In this document: piece after piece, positions 1 through 9,291 of the stretch
How the letters are laid out: each line of letters begins with the position of its first letter
How positions within the stretch are numbered: the stretch's first letter is position 1
Source: a virus
Taxonomy: Duplodnaviria; Caudoviricetes
Virus record (IMG/VR): IMGVR_UViG_3300032030_000007
Span: 96,001 to 160,000 of that record
DNA: 64,000 nt
Direction: 5' to 3' (one strand)
Notes under the pieces: generated by a model
Told to the model about the DNA's origin: nothing
What the model saw: the letters and a program-made list of their open reading frames with translations, nothing else
The model's database searches: none
Program-made: the position numbers and the translations under genes

Positions 1-168
1 AATAAAGCTATATTAAATGACTTTATAAAAGAAGTACCTAAGATGGGTCAATATGAAGGTATAGCTATTAAACCATTGCATCCCAAGATGAAAGCACAGA
101 TAATGAAAATTGGGTTTAGAACAGATACAGAATCAGAAAATAAAGATATATTAATTTATAAATTATGA
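1..168 (+). CDS. 3' end of a gene truncated by the window edge; possible GNAT-fold C-terminus
   Basis: Frame 1 is open from base 1 to TGA (NKAILNDFIKEVPKMGQYEGIAIK...IMKIGF...). The stop overlaps the next ATG (ATGA). The ending resembles the GNAT 'xxxGF' end and the next ORF. Confidence 0.5.
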   Translation, partial: NKAILNDFIKEVPKMGQYEGIAIKPLHPKMKAQIMKIGFRTDTESENKDILIYKL

Positions 169-977
169 AACACATAAAAGAATACATTAATGAAGAACTT
201 CAACTTAATGAAGGTTTATTATTGATGGCACTATGCGGTGCTGCAGCTTTGCATTTTAGTATAAAAGGAATGAAAGCTATTCGTAAACACGCAGGTAATT
301 TCTGGGGATGGGCTCTTGGAGAACGTGACCTTAATGTAGGAACAACTGCGGCTGAATCATTAGATGATAGACAAAATATCATTAATGAAGATGAAGAAGG
401 TAAAATAAATAAAGATAATATCCAACCCATGCAAGTACCTGATGAAAAGGTATTAGGTCAATTAATGGATACTTTAAAATCAGATGCTAAAAAGAAACAA
501 GGTTTTTATGTATTTGATAATTTATTCAATGAAACACCAGAACTTAAAAAATTAAATAAAGCTCCTTATTTTGCAAATTATGTAGTATTCATGGACCCGG
601 GTTCAGATGAAAAGAAAGATGAAAAACCAAATTTCTATGGTATGCTTGGTTTCTCTCTTAAATATTGGAAAGTTATCGCAAAGAAAGGAAAGACTGATGA
701 AATTAAAGCAGCAGGAGCAAAACTATCAAATTACATTAATATCTTTGCAGTTCAAACTGATGCTAAATATGCAAAACAAGGTTTATTTGATGTATATCTT
801 GAAAAAATGAAGAAAGCTGTTAAAGAAGCTCACATGGATGGATTAACAATTAAATATGCTAATGATGATATTGCTAAAGTATTTGAAAAATACGGATTTA
901 AGAAAGTTGAAGGCATTGATGGATATATGGTAATGAGCCTAAAGAAAGAAGATGATAAAGGAGATTCAATATTATAA
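165..977 (+). CDS. GNAT-fold acetyltransferase-like protein with capsid-targeting-like N-terminus
   Basis: C-terminal IFAVQTDAKYAKQGLF (motif A-like) and FEKYGF; N-terminus MKHIKEYINEE. Confidence 0.6.
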   Translation: MKHIKEYINEELQLNEGLLLMALCGAAALHFSIKGMKAIRKHAGNFWGWALGERDLNVGTTAAESLDDRQNIINEDEEGKINKDNIQPMQVPDEKVLGQLMDTLKSDAKKKQGFYVFDNLFNETPELKKLNKAPYFANYVVFMDPGSDEKKDEKPNFYGMLGFSLKYWKVIAKKGKTDEIKAAGAKLSNYINIFAVQTDAKYAKQGLFDVYLEKMKKAVKEAHMDGLTIKYANDDIAKVFEKYGFKKVEGIDGYMVMSLKKEDDKGDSIL

Positions 978-1843
978 TGAAATCACTTAAAAACTATATA
1001 TACGAAAGTAAAATTAACGAAGAACTTGATGATAATTTATTTTGGCTTTTAGATAAATGGTTTGAAAGAAACGAAAATCAAAAGTCAGAATTTATTGGCA
1101 TCACTGTTCAATGTCGCCAAGAAGGAGATAAAGTAAATATTGATAATCTTAAGAAACTATTACATAATACTGAATTGAAAAAAGATTTGAAAGAATTCAT
1201 TAATTTCTTAAGTAATGATTTAGAACCTCAGAATAATAAAGATTATTTATATGAATTAAAACAGGTTATAGAAGTTGTTATTGGTAAAAAAGAAAAGAAT
1301 AAATATTTAGATGAAAGTCAAATATCAGAAAAACTAATCATAAATAAGAATACCAAAATAGATAAGTATCATTATCATCCTAAAGATAAAGATGAATTAC
1401 ATAGTTTAGTTAATAAATTAATAAAAGAACGTGGTGATAACGCAGATCTTAATGATATAGATACATCAAAAATAGATAATATGTCAGGTATATTTCTTAA
1501 TTCTGATTTTAACGGTGATATATCTGAATGGGATGTAAGTAATGTTAAAAATATGTTACTTATGTTTAATAGTTCTAAATTTGATGGAGATTTAAGTAAA
1601 TGGGATGTAAGTAATGTTACAAATATGGCGTCAATGTTTGCTGAATCTAAATTTACTGGTAAAAATGGAGATATATCTAATTGGGATGTAAGTAAAGTTA
1701 AAGCTACGAATAATATGTTTAAATCAACCAATTTTAATCAAGATTTATCAAAATGGGATGTACACAGTTTATTAACTATGGGTTTTATGTTTAAAGATTG
1801 CCCTATAGAAAAAAATCCGCCTAAATGGTATAAAAGTAAATAA
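977..1843 (+). CDS. DUF285/BspA-type repeat protein with capsid-targeting-like N-terminus
   Basis: About 25-aa repeats (ISEWDVSNVKNM, LSKWDVSNVTNM, ISNWDVSKV, LSKWDVHS); N-terminus MKSLKNYIYES. Confidence 0.8.
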   Translation: MKSLKNYIYESKINEELDDNLFWLLDKWFERNENQKSEFIGITVQCRQEGDKVNIDNLKKLLHNTELKKDLKEFINFLSNDLEPQNNKDYLYELKQVIEVVIGKKEKNKYLDESQISEKLIINKNTKIDKYHYHPKDKDELHSLVNKLIKERGDNADLNDIDTSKIDNMSGIFLNSDFNGDISEWDVSNVKNMLLMFNSSKFDGDLSKWDVSNVTNMASMFAESKFTGKNGDISNWDVSKVKATNNMFKSTNFNQDLSKWDVHSLLTMGFMFKDCPIEKNPPKWYKSK

Positions 1844-1845
1844 TT

Positions 1846-2070
1846 ATGAAAAATTTAAAAACTTATATATTAGAATCTAAAAAGAAATATGATAAGTATA
1901 AAGTTTATTTTAATGGTAAGCTTGATAATACGTTTTCTGAAAATTCAAAAAAATGGAAACATGATCCTAAAGTAGGTCAAGGTTGGTATTGTGGAGGAAC
2001 AGTTTTCAAAATCGTAAAAATTGTAGATGATAAAGTTTATACTGAAGAAGATAAAAATTGCCACCCATAA
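1846..2070 (+). CDS. small putative internal head protein
   Basis: N-terminus MKNLKTYILES; co-oriented with and closely spaced after the upstream ORF. Confidence 0.65.
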   Translation: MKNLKTYILESKKKYDKYKVYFNGKLDNTFSENSKKWKHDPKVGQGWYCGGTVFKIVKIVDDKVYTEEDKNCHP

Positions 2071-2076
2071 AATATA

Positions 2077-2102
2077 AAAGGCAGTACATATGTACTGCCT
2101 TT
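2077..2102. terminator. bidirectional intrinsic terminator
   Basis: Perfect palindrome aaaggcagtacat/atgtactgccttt between convergent genes. Confidence 0.8.
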
Positions 2103-2104
2103 AT

Positions 2105-3409
2105 TTATTGTACAAATTCTTTACTAAATCTATTAAAGATTGATTTAACACCAGGTTGAGGTTCATATGTAAATCCTAAGTCTTTAGCGATATTTCCAAA
2201 TATTCCATTAATGATTAATGAACCATCCAAATATTCAGGCTTAATTTTCTTAAAGCATTCATCCATAAGATCTTTATATTTCTGTGGATTAGCTTCAAGT
2301 TCTTCAATCTTGTTTAAGAAATCTTTTTCATCCTTAACATAAAGATACTCTGGAAGATCTAACAAATGATAGCAGTCATAGTCAGGATGTATGAATGGAA
2401 GCAATCCAATTGTAATCATTTCCCATGGCTTACATGTTACAAAACCAGGTGCCTGAGAATAAACCAATGTATATTTTGCTTCAGATACTTCTTTACCTAA
2501 GTCAAGCATTAACTTATCTTGAATCTGTGGATATTGTTCATATATTTCCTTATCCCATAATCCATATATCTTTGTATTCTCAAATTTAGTTCCTTTGAAA
2601 TTATCAATGATATATTTTTTATATGTACCTAATCTTGAGCTATAACCACCTGCACAATTAATCTTTCCTGTACCACAACCATTTGAAAGAACAATAACAG
2701 GCTCAACATCAGTATGGAACTTAGCTTCAATATCAATATTATCTCTCCAATTTTCAGAAAGACCCATTAAGAATATTTTCTCAAGATGAGAATAAATAGC
2801 CTTATGCTTAGTCTTAGTCATTGTTAAATCAGTTTCAGATTGAACATGGGGAACTGATGTTTCAAACTCCTGATTGATCTGGGAGAATATAAGTCTTTCT
2901 CTATTATAGAAATCTTTTGCATTAACAGTTATATATCTTGCATCTTCTGCCATTGTATAAACTGGGCATCCTAACTTATTTAATGCATAAAGAATAGGTG
3001 CTGTATAATTTTGAAAACAAATCAATGGACTATAATCATTTCCATCTTTCTTCTTTAAGAATCCTTTGATATTTACATTTGAACACATTCCAACAAACAC
3101 CAAACTAAAATCAGGCTTAACATTATTATCTGTAAAATAATTTACAATAGATTGATAATCCATATTCTTACGTACTTCTGGAGTCCATGCAGTATGTACA
3201 TTCTTATTTGGAAATAACTTCAAATATTCCTCTTCAGTACATTTATGTAATTCATTAGGACCAATAAAATAAAAATGATAATTTGGATTCATCTTAGCCA
3301 TTGATGAATATAATACCAAATCTGCTCCGCCACCAGTCTCAATGTGAATATTCTTCATTTTGACTGCTTTACCAATTTTTCCAATTAAAATGTTTTTTCT
3401 TTCATTCAT
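2105..3409 (-). CDS. DNA glycosyltransferase, T4 beta-glucosyltransferase-like (GT-B fold), paralog 1
   Basis: C-terminal FVTCKPWEM...FIHPDYD..H...LYVKD..DFLNKIEEL parallels T4 BGT FITLRVWET...IDEEFD..H...FYVNN..ELIDRVNEL (recalled); lies in a cluster with a gp42 homolog. Confidence 0.7.
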   Translation of the reverse strand: MNERKNILIGKIGKAVKMKNIHIETGGGADLVLYSSMAKMNPNYHFYFIGPNELHKCTEEEYLKLFPNKNVHTAWTPEVRKNMDYQSIVNYFTDNNVKPDFSLVFVGMCSNVNIKGFLKKKDGNDYSPLICFQNYTAPILYALNKLGCPVYTMAEDARYITVNAKDFYNRERLIFSQINQEFETSVPHVQSETDLTMTKTKHKAIYSHLEKIFLMGLSENWRDNIDIEAKFHTDVEPVIVLSNGCGTGKINCAGGYSSRLGTYKKYIIDNFKGTKFENTKIYGLWDKEIYEQYPQIQDKLMLDLGKEVSEAKYTLVYSQAPGFVTCKPWEMITIGLLPFIHPDYDCYHLLDLPEYLYVKDEKDFLNKIEELEANPQKYKDLMDECFKKIKPEYLDGSLIINGIFGNIAKDLGFTYEPQPGVKSIFNRFSKEFVQ

Positions 3410-3413
3410 AATA

Positions 3414-4310
3414 TTATCTACTTTTAATAAAATTCTTCAACTTTTCAAAATCTTTAGTTTCAATTATTTCTTTACATAATTCGTATAATTGATTATGATA
3501 TTTATCATTCTTTATTGGAAGATGATTATAATCTGAATAACTATTCCATCTTACAATAATACGAAATTTATTATTCTTATCAACTCGTAATGTTATACCA
3601 TCCCGATATTTTAAATATAGATTAATATGCATTAAACTTTCAATATCTTTACCAAAAGATGAATTATCAACAGATTTAATATCTATAAAGAAAGTATAAT
3701 ACATTAATGCAGCAATTCCTAATCCTTTTAATCTAATTTGAAATATAATATCTATATCTTCATGTTCATAAGGATTTTGCGTAAACTTAATTCCGCTTTC
3801 AATAATTCTTTTAATGTTAAATAAACCAAATTGACCAAAGTTACATGTCTTATTAACCATTACTTTTCCAGGATAATGAAATCCTAATGCAAATGATCTA
3901 ACTGTTGTTAAGAATGAAACGTTAAGTTCATTCATTTTCTTGTCACATTCATTGCATAAATCTAAGAAATCTGTACTAAGTCCTTTATATCCTTTTCCTG
4001 ATTCCAATTTACGGCCTTCAACTAATTTTCTTGAAAGATAAGTAATATCATCATCAATTAAAAAACTTTTTTCATATCCTTTATTATAAAGATAGCCAAA
4101 TATATATTGTTTCTTTTCCATTAATGTATGACAATCTGTTTTAATTAAATTAAGATTATCATATACATTATATTCATCTATATTTTTATCTTCATTTGAT
4201 AAAAAAACAAATACATCATATTGACTTCTCAAATTTTGGTCATTATTTAATCCTTTCAATAAATTTTTATAACGATTACCATAAGAAGGTATTGAAATAG
4301 CTGTTTTCAT
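3414..4310 (-). CDS. GT-A glycosyltransferase of the TET-associated / T2-T6 beta-glucosyl-hmC glucosyltransferase type
   Basis: IPSYxxR N-terminus, LIDDD (DxD) motif and HED motif, followed by a Gxxxxxxx(Y) pattern typical of this family. Confidence 0.65.
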   Translation of the reverse strand: MKTAISIPSYGNRYKNLLKGLNNDQNLRSQYDVFVFLSNEDKNIDEYNVYDNLNLIKTDCHTLMEKKQYIFGYLYNKGYEKSFLIDDDITYLSRKLVEGRKLESGKGYKGLSTDFLDLCNECDKKMNELNVSFLTTVRSFALGFHYPGKVMVNKTCNFGQFGLFNIKRIIESGIKFTQNPYEHEDIDIIFQIRLKGLGIAALMYYTFFIDIKSVDNSSFGKDIESLMHINLYLKYRDGITLRVDKNNKFRIIVRWNSYSDYNHLPIKNDKYHNQLYELCKEIIETKDFEKLKNFIKSR

Positions 4311-5623
4311 TAAATATGCATATTATTATAATTGTGATTAATAAATTTTAATTCTATATTATGCTTAGGTTCATATTCAAATCCTAAATCTTTTGCAATT
4401 TCTGTCATTATAAAATTATTAATATATGAGCCATCTCTATCTTCTTTCTTAATGCAATCCATACATTGATTAATAATAGAAAAATATAATTCGTTATTAT
4501 TATCCAATTCAATAACTTTATTTTTTAAGTCTTCAGGATCTTTAATATAAACATATTCAGGTAATCCAAGAATATGTTCAGGATCATAATCTGGATGTAT
4601 GAATGGAATAATTCCATTTGCAATCATTTCCCAAGGCTTAACAGTAACAAAATTCTTTATTTGTGAATAAACTAATGAATATCTTGCATCTTTTAAAATA
4701 TCATTAAGTTCAATCATTGGTTTATCCTCAAAATTATTTGGATATTTTTCATATATGTCTTCAGTCCATTTTCCATATATCTTAGATTTATTATAAATAG
4801 TATCTTTAAAATTATCTATGATATAATCTTTATATCCTTGAAAACGGCCATTCTTAATAGTTACATTTGAATTAATTGCCTTAGTACCGTTTCCATGTGA
4901 TATAACTAATAAATGATTTTCTTTTGGAGAATATAATTTCCTATTTAAATCAATTCTATCTTTCCAATTGTCAGGCATTCCAATAAGATCAATTCTTTCA
5001 ATATGAGCATATACACAATCAATTATATCTGTCTTTAATGTGAAATCAGTCATTGATGTTATATGCGTTATTGTTTCAAGCTTATGATTTGCTTGCGTAA
5101 ACACTTTACGTTCACGATTCCAAAGATCTCTAAAATTTAAAAGAATATTACGAGCATCATCAGCCATGCAATATACTGGGCATCCTAAATGATTAATTGT
5201 ATAAATATAAGGACCCATATAATTAAGTTGAGATATTAACAACTTACGTTTTCCACCATCTTTCTTTGGATAAAAATCAGGTACACATACTGTTGATGAT
5301 CCTCCCGTATTTAATAATGCAAAATCAATCTTTATATTATTATTATCAAAATATTTTATAATTGATGAGAAATCTTGTGTCTTTCTTATATCATTAGTCC
5401 ATGCTGAAAACACATTATGATTTGGAAATATTTCATCATATTCTTCTTCAGTCAACTTATGAAAATCAGATGGACCTATAAAATAAAAATTATAATCTGG
5501 GTTATATTGTGATAACAAAGAATATATCATCCTATCAGTATCACATGCTGTTTGAGTTCCTATCTTAATTCCTGTGAATTTAATTGTTAATCCTAATCTT
5601 CCTATAACAATATTTTTCTTCAT
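4310..5623 (-). CDS. DNA glycosyltransferase, T4 beta-glucosyltransferase-like, paralog 2
   Basis: Collinear with 2105..3409 (FYFIGP, GCPVYxMAxDAR, YSLVYSQ, KPWEMI, PFIHPDYD, LPEYxY, IAKDLGF). Confidence 0.7.
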   Translation of the reverse strand: MKKNIVIGRLGLTIKFTGIKIGTQTACDTDRMIYSLLSQYNPDYNFYFIGPSDFHKLTEEEYDEIFPNHNVFSAWTNDIRKTQDFSSIIKYFDNNNIKIDFALLNTGGSSTVCVPDFYPKKDGGKRKLLISQLNYMGPYIYTINHLGCPVYCMADDARNILLNFRDLWNRERKVFTQANHKLETITHITSMTDFTLKTDIIDCVYAHIERIDLIGMPDNWKDRIDLNRKLYSPKENHLLVISHGNGTKAINSNVTIKNGRFQGYKDYIIDNFKDTIYNKSKIYGKWTEDIYEKYPNNFEDKPMIELNDILKDARYSLVYSQIKNFVTVKPWEMIANGIIPFIHPDYDPEHILGLPEYVYIKDPEDLKNKVIELDNNNELYFSIINQCMDCIKKEDRDGSYINNFIMTEIAKDLGFEYEPKHNIELKFINHNYNNMHI

Positions 5624-5626
5624 ATA

Positions 5627-6346
5627 TTAGTTATTTTTTATTTCAAAATCTTCATATCCTGTTGCTTCTATTGGTCTAAACTTTAAACTTTTATTTAACA
5701 TTAACCAATAAATAATATGTGATATATACATATGATTATGAATGTCTTCAAAACCCATCAATGCTTCATATGCAGTTCTAAAATCTTCAGCATTATTAAA
5801 ACCATATCCACCGCAATTAAATAGATTACTAACTACCCTTTTTTCAATAATATTAGTAACAAAATTTTGATCATCAATCGCTATATAAGACTTATGCTGC
5901 GGGTCAACTATTGGTGTTAATTCTAAAGGATAAACAAAAACAAAATTTCCTTTGCAATTATCTAAATCCATATCACAAGCATTATCTGCATCCTTAATTA
6001 TAATAGGACCTTCTATATCATATCTATTAATTTCATCATATATTGTTTGGGCTTGTGATGATGTTGGATTATTTACTTTTGATATAACAATATCTATATC
6101 TTCATATCGTTCTTCATCAAATTTAATTGCAGATTTAATCTTTCTTGTTATATTATATTCATTATCATGTTGTTTAAGTATAATAAAATGAATTGATCCT
6201 ATTTTTCTTAAATTCATTCTATTAAGAGTTTCAATACAATTCATTATACCAGTATCATTATTATATTGAAATTCTATTGGACACTTATCTTTATATTTTG
6301 GTGATGTATCTAACATCGGCATTATTAATGTATACTTTTCTTTCAT
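5627..6346 (-). CDS. sugar nucleotidyltransferase-like protein with a degenerate Gly-rich loop
   Basis: LIMPM start, T-SSQAQT, IKDAD, KSY, IIEKRVVS and GGYGF match the NTP_transferase fold; the AGxGxR motif is replaced by LDTSPK. Confidence 0.7.
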   Translation of the reverse strand: MKEKYTLIMPMLDTSPKYKDKCPIEFQYNNDTGIMNCIETLNRMNLRKIGSIHFIILKQHDNEYNITRKIKSAIKFDEERYEDIDIVISKVNNPTSSQAQTIYDEINRYDIEGPIIIKDADNACDMDLDNCKGNFVFVYPLELTPIVDPQHKSYIAIDDQNFVTNIIEKRVVSNLFNCGGYGFNNAEDFRTAYEALMGFEDIHNHMYISHIIYWLMLNKSLKFRPIEATGYEDFEIKNN

Positions 6347-7203
6347 AACTCTACAAATGATGTCAATATATTTAATACAAAATCTCTTACAGATTCTTTC
6401 TTAACATAAGGCAAGATTCTTAATATATTCATAATCTGTAATGTTTCATAATGCTTTTCATAATATTCATTTTTTGAAAAGTATTCATCTATTTTATTAT
6501 CTATATAACTAAATATCATATTAAGTCTAACGATATCATACTTTTTAGTATACATCATTGTTGACCAAAAATATTTAGTATCCTGTCTTAACTTAACAAT
6601 ATCTTGTATAGGTGTTTCAATAAACGAATCTAAATAATCAATAAAATAAAACTTATTTGATGTAAAAAGAATATTTGAAAATGTTAAATCACCATGACAT
6701 ATATTACATGGTAAATCCATTCTTTCTGGTAAGTTATTGAACTTCTTTTCACATGCATTAAGAATATATCTTACATTATCATTATTCTTTGTTAATTTAT
6801 TGTTTTCACAATTCTTTTTAACAGAATTAAACTTATCTATAAATACATTCTTTTCTACAGATTTAATTTCACAAGCATCTAATTCTTTATTAATATATTC
6901 TATAAATGTTTCTATAAAATGATTAATGTCTTCTGGAGATGCATTTTCAAAATAATCAATAAAATTCTTAGCATATACATAATCCATTAATATATATGCT
7001 TCTTTATCGTTTTTTACTAACTCATGAACCTTTGGATTAACTATAGATCCTCCTAAAGCATTATCATTTACTTGTTTATCACCTTGTAAATAAAGTCTAT
7101 TTAAATATTTTGGATCTAATGTAGATTTTTTAACAAAAAGCTTATCATTAATTTCTAAAATATCTATATTACAACCTGAATGACCTTTAATATCAATAGT
7201 CAT
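6343..7203 (-). CDS. APH/choline-kinase-like sugar phosphotransferase
   Basis: GHSG N-lobe loop, Brenner motif CHGDLTFSNIL, FID metal-binding motif, DIVKLRQD. Confidence 0.8.
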   Translation of the reverse strand: MTIDIKGHSGCNIDILEINDKLFVKKSTLDPKYLNRLYLQGDKQVNDNALGGSIVNPKVHELVKNDKEAYILMDYVYAKNFIDYFENASPEDINHFIETFIEYINKELDACEIKSVEKNVFIDKFNSVKKNCENNKLTKNNDNVRYILNACEKKFNNLPERMDLPCNICHGDLTFSNILFTSNKFYFIDYLDSFIETPIQDIVKLRQDTKYFWSTMMYTKKYDIVRLNMIFSYIDNKIDEYFSKNEYYEKHYETLQIMNILRILPYVKKESVRDFVLNILTSFVEL

Positions 7204-7229
7204 ATTTTTAGTACATATATTTATATTTT

Positions 7230-7258
7230 AATATAGTCATTGTAAATAAAATTATCAA
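7230..7258 (-). promoter_or_regulatory. putative promoter of the kinase-to-glycosyltransferase operon
   Basis: TTGATA-N17-TATATT variant of the recurrent motif, 27 nt upstream of the ATG at 7203. Confidence 0.5.
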
Positions 7259-7320
7259 TGATATTAGTACATATTTATTATTAATAAATAGTCAACAAAA
7301 TAAATATATAAAATAAATCT

Positions 7321-9234
7321 ATGTTAAAAAAATATTTTGCATTATTTGAAACAGAGGCACAATATAGTGAATTTTTAAATTCTGAAGATTTTGTTCAGCC
7401 TAACGTTTCATTAATAAATGAATTAAGAAAACTTTATTTCAATAAGAAAACTGTTAAACAAGGAATATTGATCAACGGTGTAATGCATACTGAAAAGGTA
7501 ATAAGATTAACTGCTGGTGGAACATATGAATTACAAGGTGTTCATGAAGGACAGATTATTGTTGATGCGCAAACTAAACCTGATACATGGACAACAATCA
7601 AATTAAATGGAGCAACCATTTTATCTGATGAAGCTTATGGTATTTTATATGATTGTCCATCATCAAGTAATAAAGGTTATCAAGGTTTGTATGTAACACT
7701 TGAAAAAGATACTCATAACTTCATAGTATGCAATAAAGAAACAATTGTAGAAGGTGATGAAACTTATGCATCAATTGATTCTTGGAAAGACTTAACAGTT
7801 CAGGGTGTTGGTTATCTTGCAGTTTACAATAACATTGGTCATGGTTTAAGAGGTGAAACAATGAATATTGCTGGTCCTCACATTTATATTGATACTGTTC
7901 ATGACGGTGTTCATGGTAAGAATGTTAACATTCTTGATGGTGTATTCTATGTACAAGCTGCTAAAGATGCATTTGGAACAACAGAAAATGGTAAGATCAA
8001 TGTATTTGGTGGAGAATTTGAATTCATTAATGTTACACAAGATCAATTTGATTCTAAGAAAGATGGTTATTATGCAGTTGCTGGTGTTTCAGGAGCAAAT
8101 ATGCACCCAATTGAAGAAATGTATGATGAAGGTACTGTTACTGCATATCCAACAAAAGAAGATTATGAAGCCGGAATCAATGGAGTACAGATTAATCTAG
8201 CAATAGGCACAACTATTAATTCAGGTACATTCTATAATGCTGATGAAAATGAAAATGTTGTATCTTCATCAACTCCTGCTGGGTATCTTACATGGGTATG
8301 GGATGATCCTGCGGAAGTAGTATTTGATTCTCCTCAAGCATATTTAATTAATGCTAATTATAATGTAGTTGAAGTAACAGGAAAAATTACACGTCCTATT
8401 GTTCGTCCTGCTGATGCAATTGCAATAATTGAACCTACATTCTCAAAGAAAGGTAAACTTAATGGAGGATATGACAATAAGTTAGATATTTATCTTAATG
8501 GTGCTGTAATTGTTACCGATGGTCATGCTCCTTCTATTGCTAATCTTCCTGATGTTGGTAGAGTTAAGATTACTGCTGTTAAAGATACAATTAATGCAAT
8601 AATCAATAAAGATATAGCTGAAAATGATTCAGAAGGCTTATATGATCATGATGCAATTAAATCAGAAAACAATGTAACTATAGAAGTAAAAGGTGGTTCT
8701 GTTCTTTATGTAACATCAGGCATTGGTGATGGTGTTGATGGTGGTGAAACAAGATTCATTGATTCTAAAGGTTCATTCGTTGTAACAAAATGCGGTCAAC
8801 GCGGTGTAAAAGGAAATGCAATTGTCATTGGACCAGATGCAATTATCAATGCATCAGTTATAGATAGTTATATAACAGATACTACAGATCCTGAATACAC
8901 AACATTTGATGGTATATTTGTTGCAAAAGGAAATGTAGTTAATCATACTGTAGGACATGGTGTTATAACAGCTGAAGATCCTGAAGCAAAACAAACTGGA
9001 TTTGCTGATGTTTATGGTAGAAACGGTAAGCATTCAAAAGGTATGTTCGGTACAACTGATACAGAACTTAAAGGTGTTGCAATTATAGGCTCACTTGGCG
9101 CAGCAATCAGATTAGATACTGGCAATGCTCATAACTTATATGTAAATACATTATTGGGAGATGCATTAAATCCAGTGTCAACTGTAGAAGAACAATATAA
9201 AGCAGTTCCTTATGAAGGTGACCCAATTGTTTAA
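7321..9234 (+). CDS. carbohydrate-binding beta-helix protein (DUF4353/Cthe_2159-like), probable virion surface protein
   Basis: GTYELQG...GQIIVDA...IKLNGATI and repeated DGVH/DAF/DAIKS/DGVDG beta-helix motifs; two such units; N-terminal module shared with 33657. Confidence 0.65.
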   Translation: MLKKYFALFETEAQYSEFLNSEDFVQPNVSLINELRKLYFNKKTVKQGILINGVMHTEKVIRLTAGGTYELQGVHEGQIIVDAQTKPDTWTTIKLNGATILSDEAYGILYDCPSSSNKGYQGLYVTLEKDTHNFIVCNKETIVEGDETYASIDSWKDLTVQGVGYLAVYNNIGHGLRGETMNIAGPHIYIDTVHDGVHGKNVNILDGVFYVQAAKDAFGTTENGKINVFGGEFEFINVTQDQFDSKKDGYYAVAGVSGANMHPIEEMYDEGTVTAYPTKEDYEAGINGVQINLAIGTTINSGTFYNADENENVVSSSTPAGYLTWVWDDPAEVVFDSPQAYLINANYNVVEVTGKITRPIVRPADAIAIIEPTFSKKGKLNGGYDNKLDIYLNGAVIVTDGHAPSIANLPDVGRVKITAVKDTINAIINKDIAENDSEGLYDHDAIKSENNVTIEVKGGSVLYVTSGIGDGVDGGETRFIDSKGSFVVTKCGQRGVKGNAIVIGPDAIINASVIDSYITDTTDPEYTTFDGIFVAKGNVVNHTVGHGVITAEDPEAKQTGFADVYGRNGKHSKGMFGTTDTELKGVAIIGSLGAAIRLDTGNAHNLYVNTLLGDALNPVSTVEEQYKAVPYEGDPIV

Positions 9235-9261
9235 CAAACATATTTGATTATTATATAAATT

Positions 9262-9288
9262 AAAGGTACCCATATTATGGGTACCTTT
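9262..9288. terminator. bidirectional intrinsic terminator
   Basis: aaaggtacccata-t-tatgggtaccttt inverted repeat between convergent units. Confidence 0.8.
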
Positions 9289-9291
9289 GTT

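Noticed and set aside
1520-1770. CRISPR-like array from the recurring tgggatgta motif
   Set aside because: The repeats are in-frame codons of DUF285 protein repeats, and there are no cas genes
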